Origin: Lama guanicoe | Taxonomy: Eukaryota | Length of the DNA: 64,000 nucleotides | Assembly: GCA_013239625.1 (NCBI GenBank) | Contig: MU053754.1 | Coordinates: 741,379 to 805,378 of the forward strand | Reading direction: 5' to 3' | Part shown: piece after piece, positions 12,570 to 23,311 of the stretch | How the letters are laid out: the number at the start of each line of letters is the position of its first letter | Position numbering within the stretch: position 1 is the stretch's first letter | Position numbers and translations under genes: made by a program | Notes under the pieces: generated by a model | Database searches by the model: none | Seen by the model: only the letters and a program-made list of their open reading frames with translations | Told to the model about the DNA's origin: nothing

Positions 12570-13990
12570 ACAATCCAGATGATGATGAAGCTGAATAAAG
12601 TTGGGGTGCTTCGATTGTCTGGTTTCAGTACTTACTCTAATGCTACAGAAATAAGGACAGTGTGGTATCTACCACCCAAAGCTGCACAGTAAATGGAAGC
12701 AACAGAGAGGATAGTCCAGAAGTACACCTGGTCATGTGTGATCACTTGTCTTTGCCAAGGCACCCCAGAAATTCAATGGAAATTGGGAAACTTTTCAACA
12801 AAGTGTGCTATAGAAATCGAATGCCTATATGGGAACCAAGTAAACCTTGAACCTGATTCGTAATAATTCATTTGAGGAGTTACGAAGACAGAAATGCAAG
12901 GACTGAGATGATAAAACTTCCATAAGACATAGGAGTGCCTGATCTTACCTTAGCATAAATGATCATTTCTTGGTCAGAGTGCACATAGCACTGTTTATTA
13001 AAACAAGTTGGACGACATGAAAATAAATACCAACCACTTCAAGAAAGGCACAGTTGAAAACGCACATCCTCCCCCTGGGAGGAAACATTCATGACTCATG
13101 TTCTCAACAAAATACTTTCAGTCACCGTTTATAATAAATTCTTACAAATCAGTAAAAAGAGAAGCAACTTACTTTTTAGAGGGTCCAGTTTGTTTGAATG
13201 TGCAAAAGTTTTTAATCAGGCAGTTTATGTAAGAAGATACACAAATATCCACTAATGTAGGAAAGGTGCTTGACATCGCTTATCAGAGAATCATAAATTA
13301 ACATCTCAGTGAGATACCAGAATATACTCAGCAGAATGCTAATTTAAAAAAAAATATGAAGAATTGGCAAGGATGCAGAGTACCTGGAACTCTCACACTT
13401 TGCTGGTGGGGGATAAAATGATACACTCCGAAAAATTATTTGACAGTATCTAGTAATACATGGTCACTGAATCATCTGGAAATTCCACTCCTACGTGTCC
13501 ACCGAAAAGAATGTGTTTCTCCACAAGAAGAGTTAGAGAAGATGGAGAGAAAGGTAATTCATAATAAGCAGAAACAAAAACAACGGAAGCGTCCCTTATC
13601 TGGAGAACGAAGAAACAAACTTTCATATATTCATATGTTGGAATACAACTCAGAAAAAAAGAGGAACAAACGGTCCCTGTGCCCAGATGAGTGAATGCCC
13701 AAAACACGGTGCTGGGTAAAAGGAGACAGACCCAGACGAGTACATACTGTATGAGAAACGTTTACATCCAATTCTACAGCATGCACAGCTGACTTCTGGA
13801 GTACGATTTAGAGCAGTGGCTCCCTTGGACTCCCTTGACTGGGTCGGGGCATCGGAACTTTGGGTGAGAAGGAAGCGTTCCCTGTATCTCGATCTGCGTG
13901 GTCGTTGCATGAGCCTGCGCCTGTCTGAAAAGTTAGCAAGCATCACACTCGAGATGCGTGCATTTTACTGTGCGTTACTTGTGCCTCAGT
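12570..13990 (+). mobile_element. Ancient L1M (L1ME-like) ORF2 3' region plus 3'UTR, decayed
   Basis: ORF-track peptide LRLSGFSTYSNATEIRTVWY resembles L1 ORF2 [18 protein letters not shown]; downstream gaattggcaaggatgcagag..ggaactctcacactttgctggtgggg and 3'UTR motifs. Confidence 0.75.
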
Positions 13991-14169
13991 GAAAAGGCAC
14001 ACGTTTAGTAAATCTTAAGATGGGACTTACAAAGGCGAACACGTCAGCTGTCATCACAAACGTGGCTGCAGTGAAATGTCCAGTCAGAAGGCAAAGGCAG
14101 CGTCAGGTTAGGTCGGCGTTCTAACTGCAGCAGTGCTCCTCCGTCCAGGAATCTCATCTAAAACTAACT

Positions 14170-14600
14170 GAGGAAGGGAGGTTAAATAGAAAGGCATGGG
14201 CCGGGTCGCATCGGCCAAACGCAAACGCACGGAAGGCAAGAATGTCAACATCAATATAAGTGAAGCAAAACCAAGCTCAAAGCACTATCAAAGCCAAGAA
14301 AACATACTGATAAAATAAAAATACTGAGTGTCAAATTTGGTTCAAGACGCAGTCAAATCCCTGAATTAATCTCAGACAATAAAAGGAGCACAGGATAAAT
14401 AAATAACTCTTCCAAATGACGACAGATCATTAATAGAAAGATAATCCCCGTGGTGTATCTTTGTCTATAGCTTGTCCAAGGAAAGAAGTTAAAATGTCAG
14501 AAAGCTACGCACATAAGTCATAGAAGCATCTCACACGAAAAAGCAACTGAGCCATCTCACTTAGGGACATTGACACGTAGGGACATTTAAACCCAGAGTC
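14170..14600 (+). mobile_element. Ancient L1M ORF2 endonuclease-region fragment
   Basis: gttaaatagaaaggcatggg..caaacgcaaacgcacggaaggcaagaatgtcaacatcaatataag resembles the GWKKIYHAN..KKAGVAILIS region; diverged. Confidence 0.45.
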
Positions 14601-15409
14601 CTTTGGTGACTCGAACTTCTAAACCCCCGTGAGTGTCCATGTTCCCAGCCGTCTTCTGCTGCAAGACTCTTTTCATGAGACAGCCTCGGGAGTCCCGTCA
14701 GCACACCCTTACGATATGGTTTTTCTTTCCTTCATGCAGTAGATGGGATGGCCTGAGCGGGGTACTTGGTGATGTGGGTGTCATTTTCGACAAAACAGTG
14801 ATAAGGCAAGAGAACACGCGTTGTCAGGTTATGTGGGAAGCATCTTGCTCGCAGAGCGTGCACGCTCGCTGTGTGACTGCTCTGGTGGAGAGTGGGGAAA
14901 GCTCTGCTCCTCAGTGTTAGAAGGATTTTAACTGCTTACAAGGATTGGGAGCGGTCTTCCCATGGAGGTCATGAGACTGCGTAGCCGAGCTGTGAGGCAA
15001 ACACTCCTTGCTGGGGCCCCGGAGCATGCCAGCAGCAGATTGCCACCTCCAGAAGGAGTCTGCCAGCAGTCAGGTCCCGGGTCCTAACTCCTGAGCAGAA
15101 AAAGCATCCCAAGAAACACTGGACTTTTCTCTCACTCGTGGTCTCCACACACACCCAATTTCAAAGCTCAAAGCTTCTCCCAGGAAGGAAACGCATTCCT
15201 CGTTGTGGTGGCCTTCTTAAACCTCGCATACCTAAACTATTTCAGAGGAATATGAATTAGAAACAGCAGAAAGGCTTGGCCTCTCAAAGCCTTCCCTTTG
15301 GATGCCATGAATAGCAAGCACTAATCAGTCTGATGTCTATAAACAAGGCTTCTGAAATGCCATCTCCCCGACGTGATGACTGTTAAAACCACGGTCGGAA
15401 CTTACACAT

Positions 15410-15990
15410 GCAGATCAGTGTTCTCCTTCAAAGTGGTCCCTTCAAGAAGCTATGCCTGTATTCCAGAAATGTTATCCTGGCCCTAAACAATGCTGAAACC
15501 TTTTATATTTGTTTGTTTTTTGATTGGTATCAGAGCCAGCTTATGAGTCACGTGAAGAAAGGTAACTGATACGCATTTGAAAAATGTGTCCCAGACACTG
15601 TTGAAATACTTGCCGATAGACTATCTCAGGTGAAGTGAATACCATTATTTTCTGTTTTCTACAGATGAGGAAATGAGGCCTAAGACTTTGTCATCAAGAG
15701 TGAGGTTGAAATATTTCATAGTTACTTCTTTTCTGCTCACAAAGTTAATATCATCAAATAAAATCCCTTTCTTCATTCACTTATCCATTTCGGTGCCAGA
15801 TTAGCTATAGCTCTTTTGTAGTTTCAAGCTTGCCTCCAAAGATTGACTTTCATGGTCATGATGGTTCAAAGACTAGGCCAGAGAAATTTCAGTAATAATA
15901 CTTTGCATGACCAGTTAAAAGTTATTCAGAAATTAATTGTTAGTGAAGATAAAGTCAGGAAACTCTTTGTAGGGATTCTGGATGACTCCA
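15410..15990. mobile_element. MARNA-like (TcMar-Mariner) DNA transposon remnant interrupted by a MIR
   Basis: ccttcaaagtggtcccttcaagaagctatgcctgtattccagaaatgttatc matches the remembered MARNA start; similar sequence appears to resume near 15740. Confidence 0.5.
15575..15715 (-). mobile_element. MIR SINE fragment
   Basis: Antisense core ttttctacagatgaggaaatgaggcct. Confidence 0.65.
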
Positions 15991-17255
15991 GAGGAAAGAT
16001 TTATTTTTTGTTAGTTAAAAATATTCACCTCAAATGATTTTTACATCTTAATATTTTAGAGAAATTACTGTTGCAGCTTTATGGGAACCTCAAGTGGCTG
16101 GATTTAAAAATGATCAGGAAATGCAGACATCTTTTTTGAATCGCCTCCTTTTGTTTGTGGGGAAAAGGGTCTTCTGGACTGTAGTTCTCGGTTACCCAGA
16201 GGTCTTCTGGCATTTGACAAGGACATTAATGAAAAGCAGTGATTGTGCCATGCGTTTCATGTCCTAGGGAGAAGTTGAAAATGACTGGGTCTTCTGGGAA
16301 AACAAGATTGTAGGAAGGAGCTCTTGCTAGGATCCTAAGATTCCGTTTTCCGGAACTGGTGCTTTCTTGATGCTAAAAATCAGCTTGGTTTTGCTGTGCT
16401 GGAAGAAACGCCCTAGTTCATGGTACAATAATAAGCCATGTTTTTGTGTAATGAAAATGATACCTACCCTGTCATCTGGTAATAACAGCAACTTGCAGTA
16501 GAAACCCAAATCTGGCCTGAGTGCGCGAGGTCCCTTCTCTGAACATGGGATTCGACCAACATTTTACAAAAGCCGTTTCAGGCAGTTTCTTAAGTTATCT
16601 CTTTAATCTTCAAAGACTTCAGGGGCTGGTTCTGAACAGGTCACACAGATCCTAAGCAAGAGAACTGGTATTTATTTCCTGGTTTTTTGGCACCACAGTT
16701 GGAGTTTTCACCAGTTATGTAAGGGGATTGGCTAAGAGTTCATATCGGAGGAAAATGGATGATAAAGGAGAGTTTCAGGAATGTGCTGGGGTCAGGGAAG
16801 GGCGTGGTCAGTTTCATGTCATGGGCGCCACCACCAGCAAGCTCAGTTTCCTGTGGTCGCTCAGGCTTCTGTCTGTATCAGTGTCTGCTCTTCTCGTCTT
16901 CTGTACGGGGGTCGGGTGGTGGGTCTCTCTTACTTGTTGTCAGTCCTCCTCAACAGGACACAGATTCAGACCCAAGACACAGAACTTGGTGTCCTGTAAC
17001 TGCACCTGGGGCATGGCTCCCTCAGTGTCTTATCCCAGGCCAGCTCAAAAAATCAGCATTGATCGTGTTTCAAAAGGCCTTAGAGTTCATAGGTAAAAAC
17101 TTCCCAAAAGAATGAGGAGGGAAAAGCTCTGAAAATTAGAGAATAAGATACACTACAGTAAAAATCCTTTCCAGATAATTAAAACTATTTATTTTTATTT
17201 CCTATTATTTTTTTCCTTGAAAAGGTCCATTTTATGTTAAAAAATCAATGTTAAA

Positions 17256-17412
17256 GGTGGGAGGGATAGATTAGGAGTTTGGGATTAATAGATATATATT
17301 GCTACATATAAAACAGATAAACCAACAAGGACCTACTATAAAGCACAGGAAACTATATCCAATTTCTTGTAATGACCTGTAAGGGAAAAGAAACTGAAAA
17401 TACATTTTGAGG
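17256..17412 (+). mobile_element. Short artiodactyl L1 3'UTR insertion lacking the terminal segment and poly(A)
   Basis: ggtgggagggatagattaggagtttgggattaa..gcacaggaaactatatccaa; 14-bp TSD aaatcaatgttaaa (17242-17255) / aaatcagtgttaaa (17413-17426). Confidence 0.85.
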
Positions 17413-18789
17413 AAATCAGTGTTAAAAAATTTCACTTGTTCTGTGATGTGAAGGGGATGGAAAAGGTTGCTTTCCATTTTAAGCTTATTATAATTATTGA
17501 CTTGAAGATTTAGAAGTAGTAACCAAATATGGAAGTATTATATTTTTTTCTCATAAGATGTGAAAAAAAACTTCCATTTTTATTAACTTCCATTATTATT
17601 TTTCCTAATTGTGTTGTCTTCTGAAGAAGTTTTAATGCCAGCAAATACCATTCAGATCATTAACGTGATGCCAGAAAGAGCAAAATTGAAAGTTTCATTT
17701 GTGATGACAGAGGAGGAAGAAATAAGTAACAAAAAGAAAAAAAGCTTCAACTTACTTAAAAGGACCCATATGGAATGATTTATTCAATCTAACTTTACAT
17801 TAGTTTTCTTCATAAATTCTAAATTTGCACTGCTTTTGAGACGTGATTGTTTTATGTCCCCTTTTAAGTTTTACATGGTTAATTTCAGAGATCTAAGATT
17901 AAATTGAAACCATAATATGCTGCTCTCTCTTTTATTACTAATGATTTTCTGTAAGAGATGCTTAAAAGATACGAAGCTCCTTGTTTTACATACATTTGGG
18001 GAAAAAAGTACATGAAAAATTGTATTTTACAAATCTTTCAGGGAGGTCAGGGAAAAGTTATGAGTATTAAAAAATAAGTTTTTTTTTTTTTTTGGCTCGA
18101 TGCCTGTGACGTGTGTTGCTCACAATTTAAGATTATCCCACCCCTGCTATTTCCCATTTGTAAGAGAAGGTATTTTTAAGTCATTTGGATGAGCGAAGAT
18201 AAGTTTCTTCTGATCTCCTGTGCTCGGGAAAGTAAAATGGACCCTGTGGTTTCTAGCTTTGAAAATTAACCTGACCGTGCTCTAAAGGGACAGTGTTGTG
18301 AATTATCCTGACAGCAACAAAAATCTATCATTTTGTTGTGGGCAGTTTTCAGTATAATGTACTCTCGGGTGGTTTATAGTCAGCCTTTAGAAAAGCTAGG
18401 TATTTCAGAGTGAGTCGTCCGTCGAATTGTTGCACAATGATCTGCTTTACCTCAAAATATAGTAACAGTTCAAACACAGACCCTGCTAAACGGGAATCGT
18501 ATTAATTCAACAGGCTTTCGTTTGCTGTACAAAGAAAGGAAAAAATGCACTTAGCCATACTCTGGTTACTTTAGGGAGAAATAAAAACCAGTGTGTACTA
18601 CACAAGTTTATGTGGCAAGGCCAAGTGTTCTGTATGTCTTTTTTGCTTTGTTTTTCCCTGTGTATATTTGTGTACGTGTGTGTTATGTGTGTTTTTGATA
18701 TTGGACTTACGAGTTTGGTAAGTGCCTTCAAAGCTCTTGCCAAGAAAACCCCAAATAATAGTATCCTTTGATTTCATGGCTCGTACCTC

Positions 18790-19445
18790 TGCTTTATGCC
18801 CACACAAAAACCTGCACATGGATGTTGATAGCATCTTTATTCATAATTGCCAAAATTGGAAGCTATAGAGCCATCCTTCAGTATGGAACAGCTGAGTAAA
18901 CTGTGGTACATCCAGCCAATGGAACATTATTCATTGCTAAAAATAAAGGAGGTACTGAGCCATGAAATGATACGAAGGAATCTTAATACGCGTATTACTG
19001 AGCAGAAGAAGCCAATCTGAAAAGTCTGCGTGTAGTAGGATTCCTACTATGGCATTCTAGAAAAGGCAAAACCATGGAGACAGCAGAAAGATGAGGGGTT
19101 GCCAGGGGCTGAGGGTGAGGAAGAGATGTTCAGATGGAGCACAGGAGATGTTCAGGGTGGTGCATCCACTTTGTATGACGCCGTAAGACAAATACATGTT
19201 TGTTAGGCGTCTGTCGAAATCATAGCACGTGCAACGTCGAGGGTGAAGCCTGATGTAAACTGCGGACTTTGGGTGATAATGATTTGTTAGTGGAGATTCG
19301 TTAGTTATAAAAAATACACTTTGGTGGGAGTCATGGATAGTAGGGGAGGCTGGGTATGAGTCAGGACATGGTATAATGGGAAATCTTTATACCTTCTGCT
19401 CAGTTTTGCTATGAACCTAAAACAACTTCAAGTCTATTTAAAATA
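18790..19445 (+). mobile_element. L1MC1/2-like 3' end
   Basis: cccacacaaaaacctgcacatggatgtt..ggcattctagaaaaggcaaaaccatggagacag..gtaaactgcggactttgggtgataatga..ttctgctcagttttgctatgaacctaaaac. Confidence 0.85.

Positions 19446-19447
<2 letters not shown>

Positions 19448-19477
<30 letters not shown>
19448..19477. repeat. (TG)15 microsatellite
   Basis: Perfect dinucleotide run at the L1MC tail. Confidence 0.97.
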
Positions 19478-19480
<3 letters not shown>

Positions 19481-19982
19481 CCTCCCAATAGAGCATTCTA
19501 TCCATTTTACAAATGGAGGCAAGATTAGAGTTTTATGAGCCATGGCAATGAAATGAAAATTTATTAGGAAAAAAAGAAAAAAACCTTAGCTCCTGATAGA
19601 GATTCAAGAAATATATAGGGCAACACATCTTCATTTTGTAAATGATTTAAAGCCTTCGTACACAGCATATTTTGCTTAATTAATTTCAACAAATAGATTG
19701 ATTTTTAAGATACTGGGAATTAAATACATGCTAGCTTTTTTCTTCAACAAATTCTCTTGGGCATTTATCTATAGAATCAGCTGACAGAGTTCATGTATCA
19801 GAAACAGTCATGCACTGGTTTCAGTTTTTGATAAATCTGTGCAGATCATAACTTTTCTACAAGTAGGCAAATATTTTGCAGGCTTATCATCTTTGGGAAG
19901 CAAATGAATAATTCATTTCTTACAGAAGTGACTTCTCTCGAAGAGATGAAGGCAAAATTGGTGCTTGGTAGTTGCTCACTGT

Positions 19983-20112
19983 GTATATATTTTTATTGAA
20001 GTCTAGTCAGTTTACAATGTGTCAATTTCTGGTTTACAGCACAATGCTTCAGTTATACATGAACACACACATACTCGTTTTCATAGTGTTTTTCACTGTA
20101 AGTTACTACAAG
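19983..20112 (-). mobile_element. Very short 5'-truncated camelid L1 3' end
   Basis: ttttattgaagtctagtcagtttacaatgtgtcaatttctggtttacagca; TSD ggtagttgctc at 19967-19977 and 20113-20123. Confidence 0.88.
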
Positions 20113-20373
20113 GGTAGTTGCTCGTTGTAGACACACACTAAAAGAACAGCGCTTTTTCATCAGATACACACTGCTAACCTCAGTATGACCTGAGTATCTA
20201 CCGAGTTCAGCCGAGGCCCACGACCTCCTTCTGAAATTCCTTGTGTCTTAGCACTTGGGTGTATAAGTCTATATATGACATTCCTTGCTACAAATGGACA
20301 GTCCCATCTCTTCACTTCCCAATAGTCTGTGAACTTTTGTCAAAGCCTTTCTAGTTTCCTGTTGTATGATAAT

Positions 20374-20397
20374 CTCACTCACTCACTCACTCACTCA
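20374..20397. repeat. (CTCA)n tetranucleotide repeat, probably from an L2 tail
   Basis: ctcactcactcactcactcactca. Confidence 0.85.
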
Positions 20398-21589
20398 CCC
20401 ACTCAGCAGACCCTAACTTGTGCAGTGTGCTTTTCTATCTTTGATAAGCATCACAGAAATGAGGGTGAGGGGCTGCCTGCCTTAAAAACTGCTTCTTTAA
20501 TAATTTTCTTTGGCTGGATATTGGAATAAACAGTTGAGCGCTACAGTGGTTTTGATGATTACTTACAGTCTCATGAGTTCATCCTCCCTGAAACAGAATC
20601 GCTTTGCCTCAGAGACATCACCATGGAAGGGAGTTCAGACAGTGCACAACCACGGGACAGAAAGTCAAGAGGGTTTTGTAATTTCATTCCAGTGATCGTT
20701 CAGTGACCCATCTGGGGATCATACTTGCAGATTTTTTATTCAGTAGTTTAGTAGCTGGCACTAGTCCTCTTAACTGGAAGCACCCAACTGTCAAATCCTG
20801 CTAAATGTACACATTAAGTGAAGACTGTTTATTACAGCCGTCCACTTTAAACAGTGCATTTTATTTGAAGTTCGGCATACTTGGATGAAATACATATTTA
20901 TTTATTCGTTGACTTTGTTCTGTAAGAGCAAGGACTGTACTTTAATAAAAGTCTCCATTTTTCCTTTTTTACTGTTTTCCGTTTTCCTTACAACTGTTCA
21001 CTCCATGAATTTTAGTTGAATTAACTGTGCATAACCAATTAGCCACAGCTACATGTAACCCTGTTATTAATGTCATGCTGGGAGCAAAATTACCTATTTT
21101 CATGTAACTAATTCCCTCTTTCAGTCAAATCCATCCAGAGATTGATATATAATTTGAGGCCTGGAGGGAATACAGTGTCTTTAGTATTGGCCGTCGTTAA
21201 GTTAGATTGAATTGACTGGACGCACTTTCTCGAGATGGGCTAACTTCCTTCTGAGACGGTGATGGATGAGTTAGGCCTGTAATTCTGGGTTACTGCCAAT
21301 GTACGACAGTGGTTTCTTTGAATTTCCTAGAGCTGGAACTCATACTTAATAACTTAATGTGAGATTTAAGAAACTTGATCTGTGGTTTTTTTTTTCAAAA
21401 TTCTATAGATTAGTTAGATTTTTCCATTTGCAAATGCATTCATAATATCTTTGCAGGGAACAAAGGGATAATTTAATTTGACTTCTTTTGCATTTCAGGA
21501 GACTATGATCTAGCATGGTTTTAAAAAAAAAACCTTGGAGATAACATTCAGAAGAAATAGCAGAGTGAAGGGGGCTGATACTCTAATAC

Positions 21590-21750
21590 AGTGGTACTGT
21601 TCTGCGTGATGCTTTCATGGTGGATACATGTCATTATACGTTCGTTAGAGCCCTTAGGATATACAGCACTAAGAGTGAACCCTAGTGTAAACGATGGAAG
21701 TTGAGTGATTACAATGTGTCAGTGAAAGTTTATTGTTTGTAACAGTACTG
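21590..21750 (+). mobile_element. L1MC-like 3'UTR fragment
   Basis: atggtggatacatgtcattatacg..agagtgaaccctagtgtaaacgatgga; homologous to part of the 18790-19445 copy. Confidence 0.75.
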
Positions 21751-22320
21751 ATACCAGTACATTTACGGTGCCGACCAATTACACTATAGAAATTTCTATC
21801 AAGTTTAATGACCAAAAAAGCATTTTTTTTCCCTTTGTTTTCTTACTGCTGATAGACGCAGCTTAGCAGTAATGGCATAGGAGATCTTGCAGAAGTGCCC
21901 CTGGTCTTTGCCCTCTCCCAGTTGCCAGGGAAGTCTCCTCCTCTGAGTCGTGATTGTGAAGAAATGACCTTCACGTGCACTCTTCATGCCAGCACCACTG
22001 TCAGCTGAAACCAAGAAACTGTCCACTCTGCATCTTTGGTATCTGACCCTTCCTTTGGACAGCCACTGGCCTGCCTGCTCTGGGAGCCCAGCGGCTGCTG
22101 TGCTGAGCAGCTCTGGGCAGGTCTGATTGGCTCATCCTGGCAGCATCACCCTTCAGAAGTCCACACTGCTCATCTTGTGTCTTCTGCTTTGAACCTTTCT
22201 CAGATTTGTGCTTTGTGGGACCCCAGAGAAACCTCTCAGCATACTTGCTAGTCCAGAAATGAAGGGGATTAACACCCCTGGGACCACCCACAGTCCACAG
22301 GGCATGGATGCTGTTGGATA

Positions 22321-22539
22321 CACTTGACCCTTGAACAACACAGGTTTGAAATGCGTGATCCCTGATTGGTGGGTTTTTCTCAGTAGGAAATACTGTAGTA
22401 CTATGACATCCCTGATTGGTTGAACCTCACAGATATGGAGGAACTGTGGACACAGAGGGCTGACTGTAACAGTCTATTAAAATGTCCCACTGCTGGAGGC
22501 TCAGCGCCTCTTAACCCCTGTGTTGTTCATGGGCAACTG
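22321..22539. mobile_element. Tigger2a-type MITE (TcMar-Tigger), 219 bp
   Basis: Terminal inverted repeats cacttgacccttgaacaacacagg / cctgtgttgttcatgggcaactg, with TA target duplications at 22319-22320 and 22540-22541. Confidence 0.9.
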
Positions 22540-22734
22540 TAAATGCTCCTACGGAAGGTGAACTCCCCGAAGTCTATGTGTAGTAGAGACCTAAGCAGAC
22601 AGGGGAGGATTAAACCCACTTATCCACAGCTCTTTCCAGTCTTTACCCTGATTCCTGAGATCACCACCTACACAAGCCACTTGCCCAAAAGGTATTGTCG
22701 GAGGCTTTCTTGTGGGAGAAAGCCAGGATGACCG

Positions 22735-22815
22735 TTTCTTTCTTCTTTTCCTCCCTCCTTCCTTCCCTTCCTTCCTTCTTCTCTCTTTTTCTGTCTGTCT
22801 GTCTAGCTGTCTCTC
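22735..22815. repeat. CT-rich low-complexity tract with (TTCC)n and (TCTG)n
   Basis: Pyrimidine tract of short tandem units. Confidence 0.8.
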
Positions 22816-22984
22816 TGTTATGTAAGTTATTATCATCTTATCTAGTCTGTCATCTACCGCCAAACATGAAGAAATACAGTGACTTCTAAAGAGTCATTTT
22901 AAAGGAATGTTTGTGTATGAAAGGCAGCTTTTCTAATCACTGATTCTTCTTTTAGTTACTAAAGTTTATTGAAGACTAAGTGTT

Positions 22985-23107
22985 GGTGGGGTGGGTGTAG
23001 CTCAGTGGTAGAGTGCCTGTTTAGCATGCACGAGGTCCTAGGTTCAATCCGCAGTCCCTCCATTAATAAATACAGAAACCTAGTTACCTCCCCCCTAAAG
23101 AAAAAAA
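22985..23107 (+). mobile_element. tRNA-Ala-derived SINE (Vic-1 type)
   Basis: gggtgtagctcagtggtagag..ttagcatgcacgaggtcctaggttcaatcc, A-tail; perfect 13-bp TSD aagactaagtgtt (22972-22984 / 23108-23120). Confidence 0.93.
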
Positions 23108-23116
23108 AAGACTAAG

Positions 23117-23311
23117 TGTTATGGGCTGAATGTCTGTGTACCCCAGATTCTTATGTCTGTGAACGAGGAAGAGGGCCCTCACCAGAACCTGACCGTGCTG
23201 GCACTCTCACCTGACTTCCAGCCTCCAGAGCTGTGATAAAACAAATTTCTGTTCTGTATAAACCGTGCAGTCAGAGTATGATACTGTGTTACAGCAGCCT
23301 GAGCTGAGACA
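23117..23311 (+). mobile_element. MLT1A-type MaLR solo LTR with an internal deletion
   Basis: Starts tgttatgggctgaatgtctgtgtaccccc, contains ccctcaccagaacctgaccgtgctggcac..gacttccagcctccaga, ends gcagcctgagctgagaca; only about 195 bp. Confidence 0.85.

Noticed and set aside
22359..22421. 13-bp direct repeat atccctgattggt inside the Tigger2a MITE
   Set aside because: Real but short; explicable by internal repetitiveness of the element or a local templated mutation.
22985..23065. tRNA-Ala(AGC) gene (also at 12250 and 59950-60030)
   Set aside because: Stem mismatches, a SINE-specific tail, poly(A) and TSDs identify these as SINE copies.
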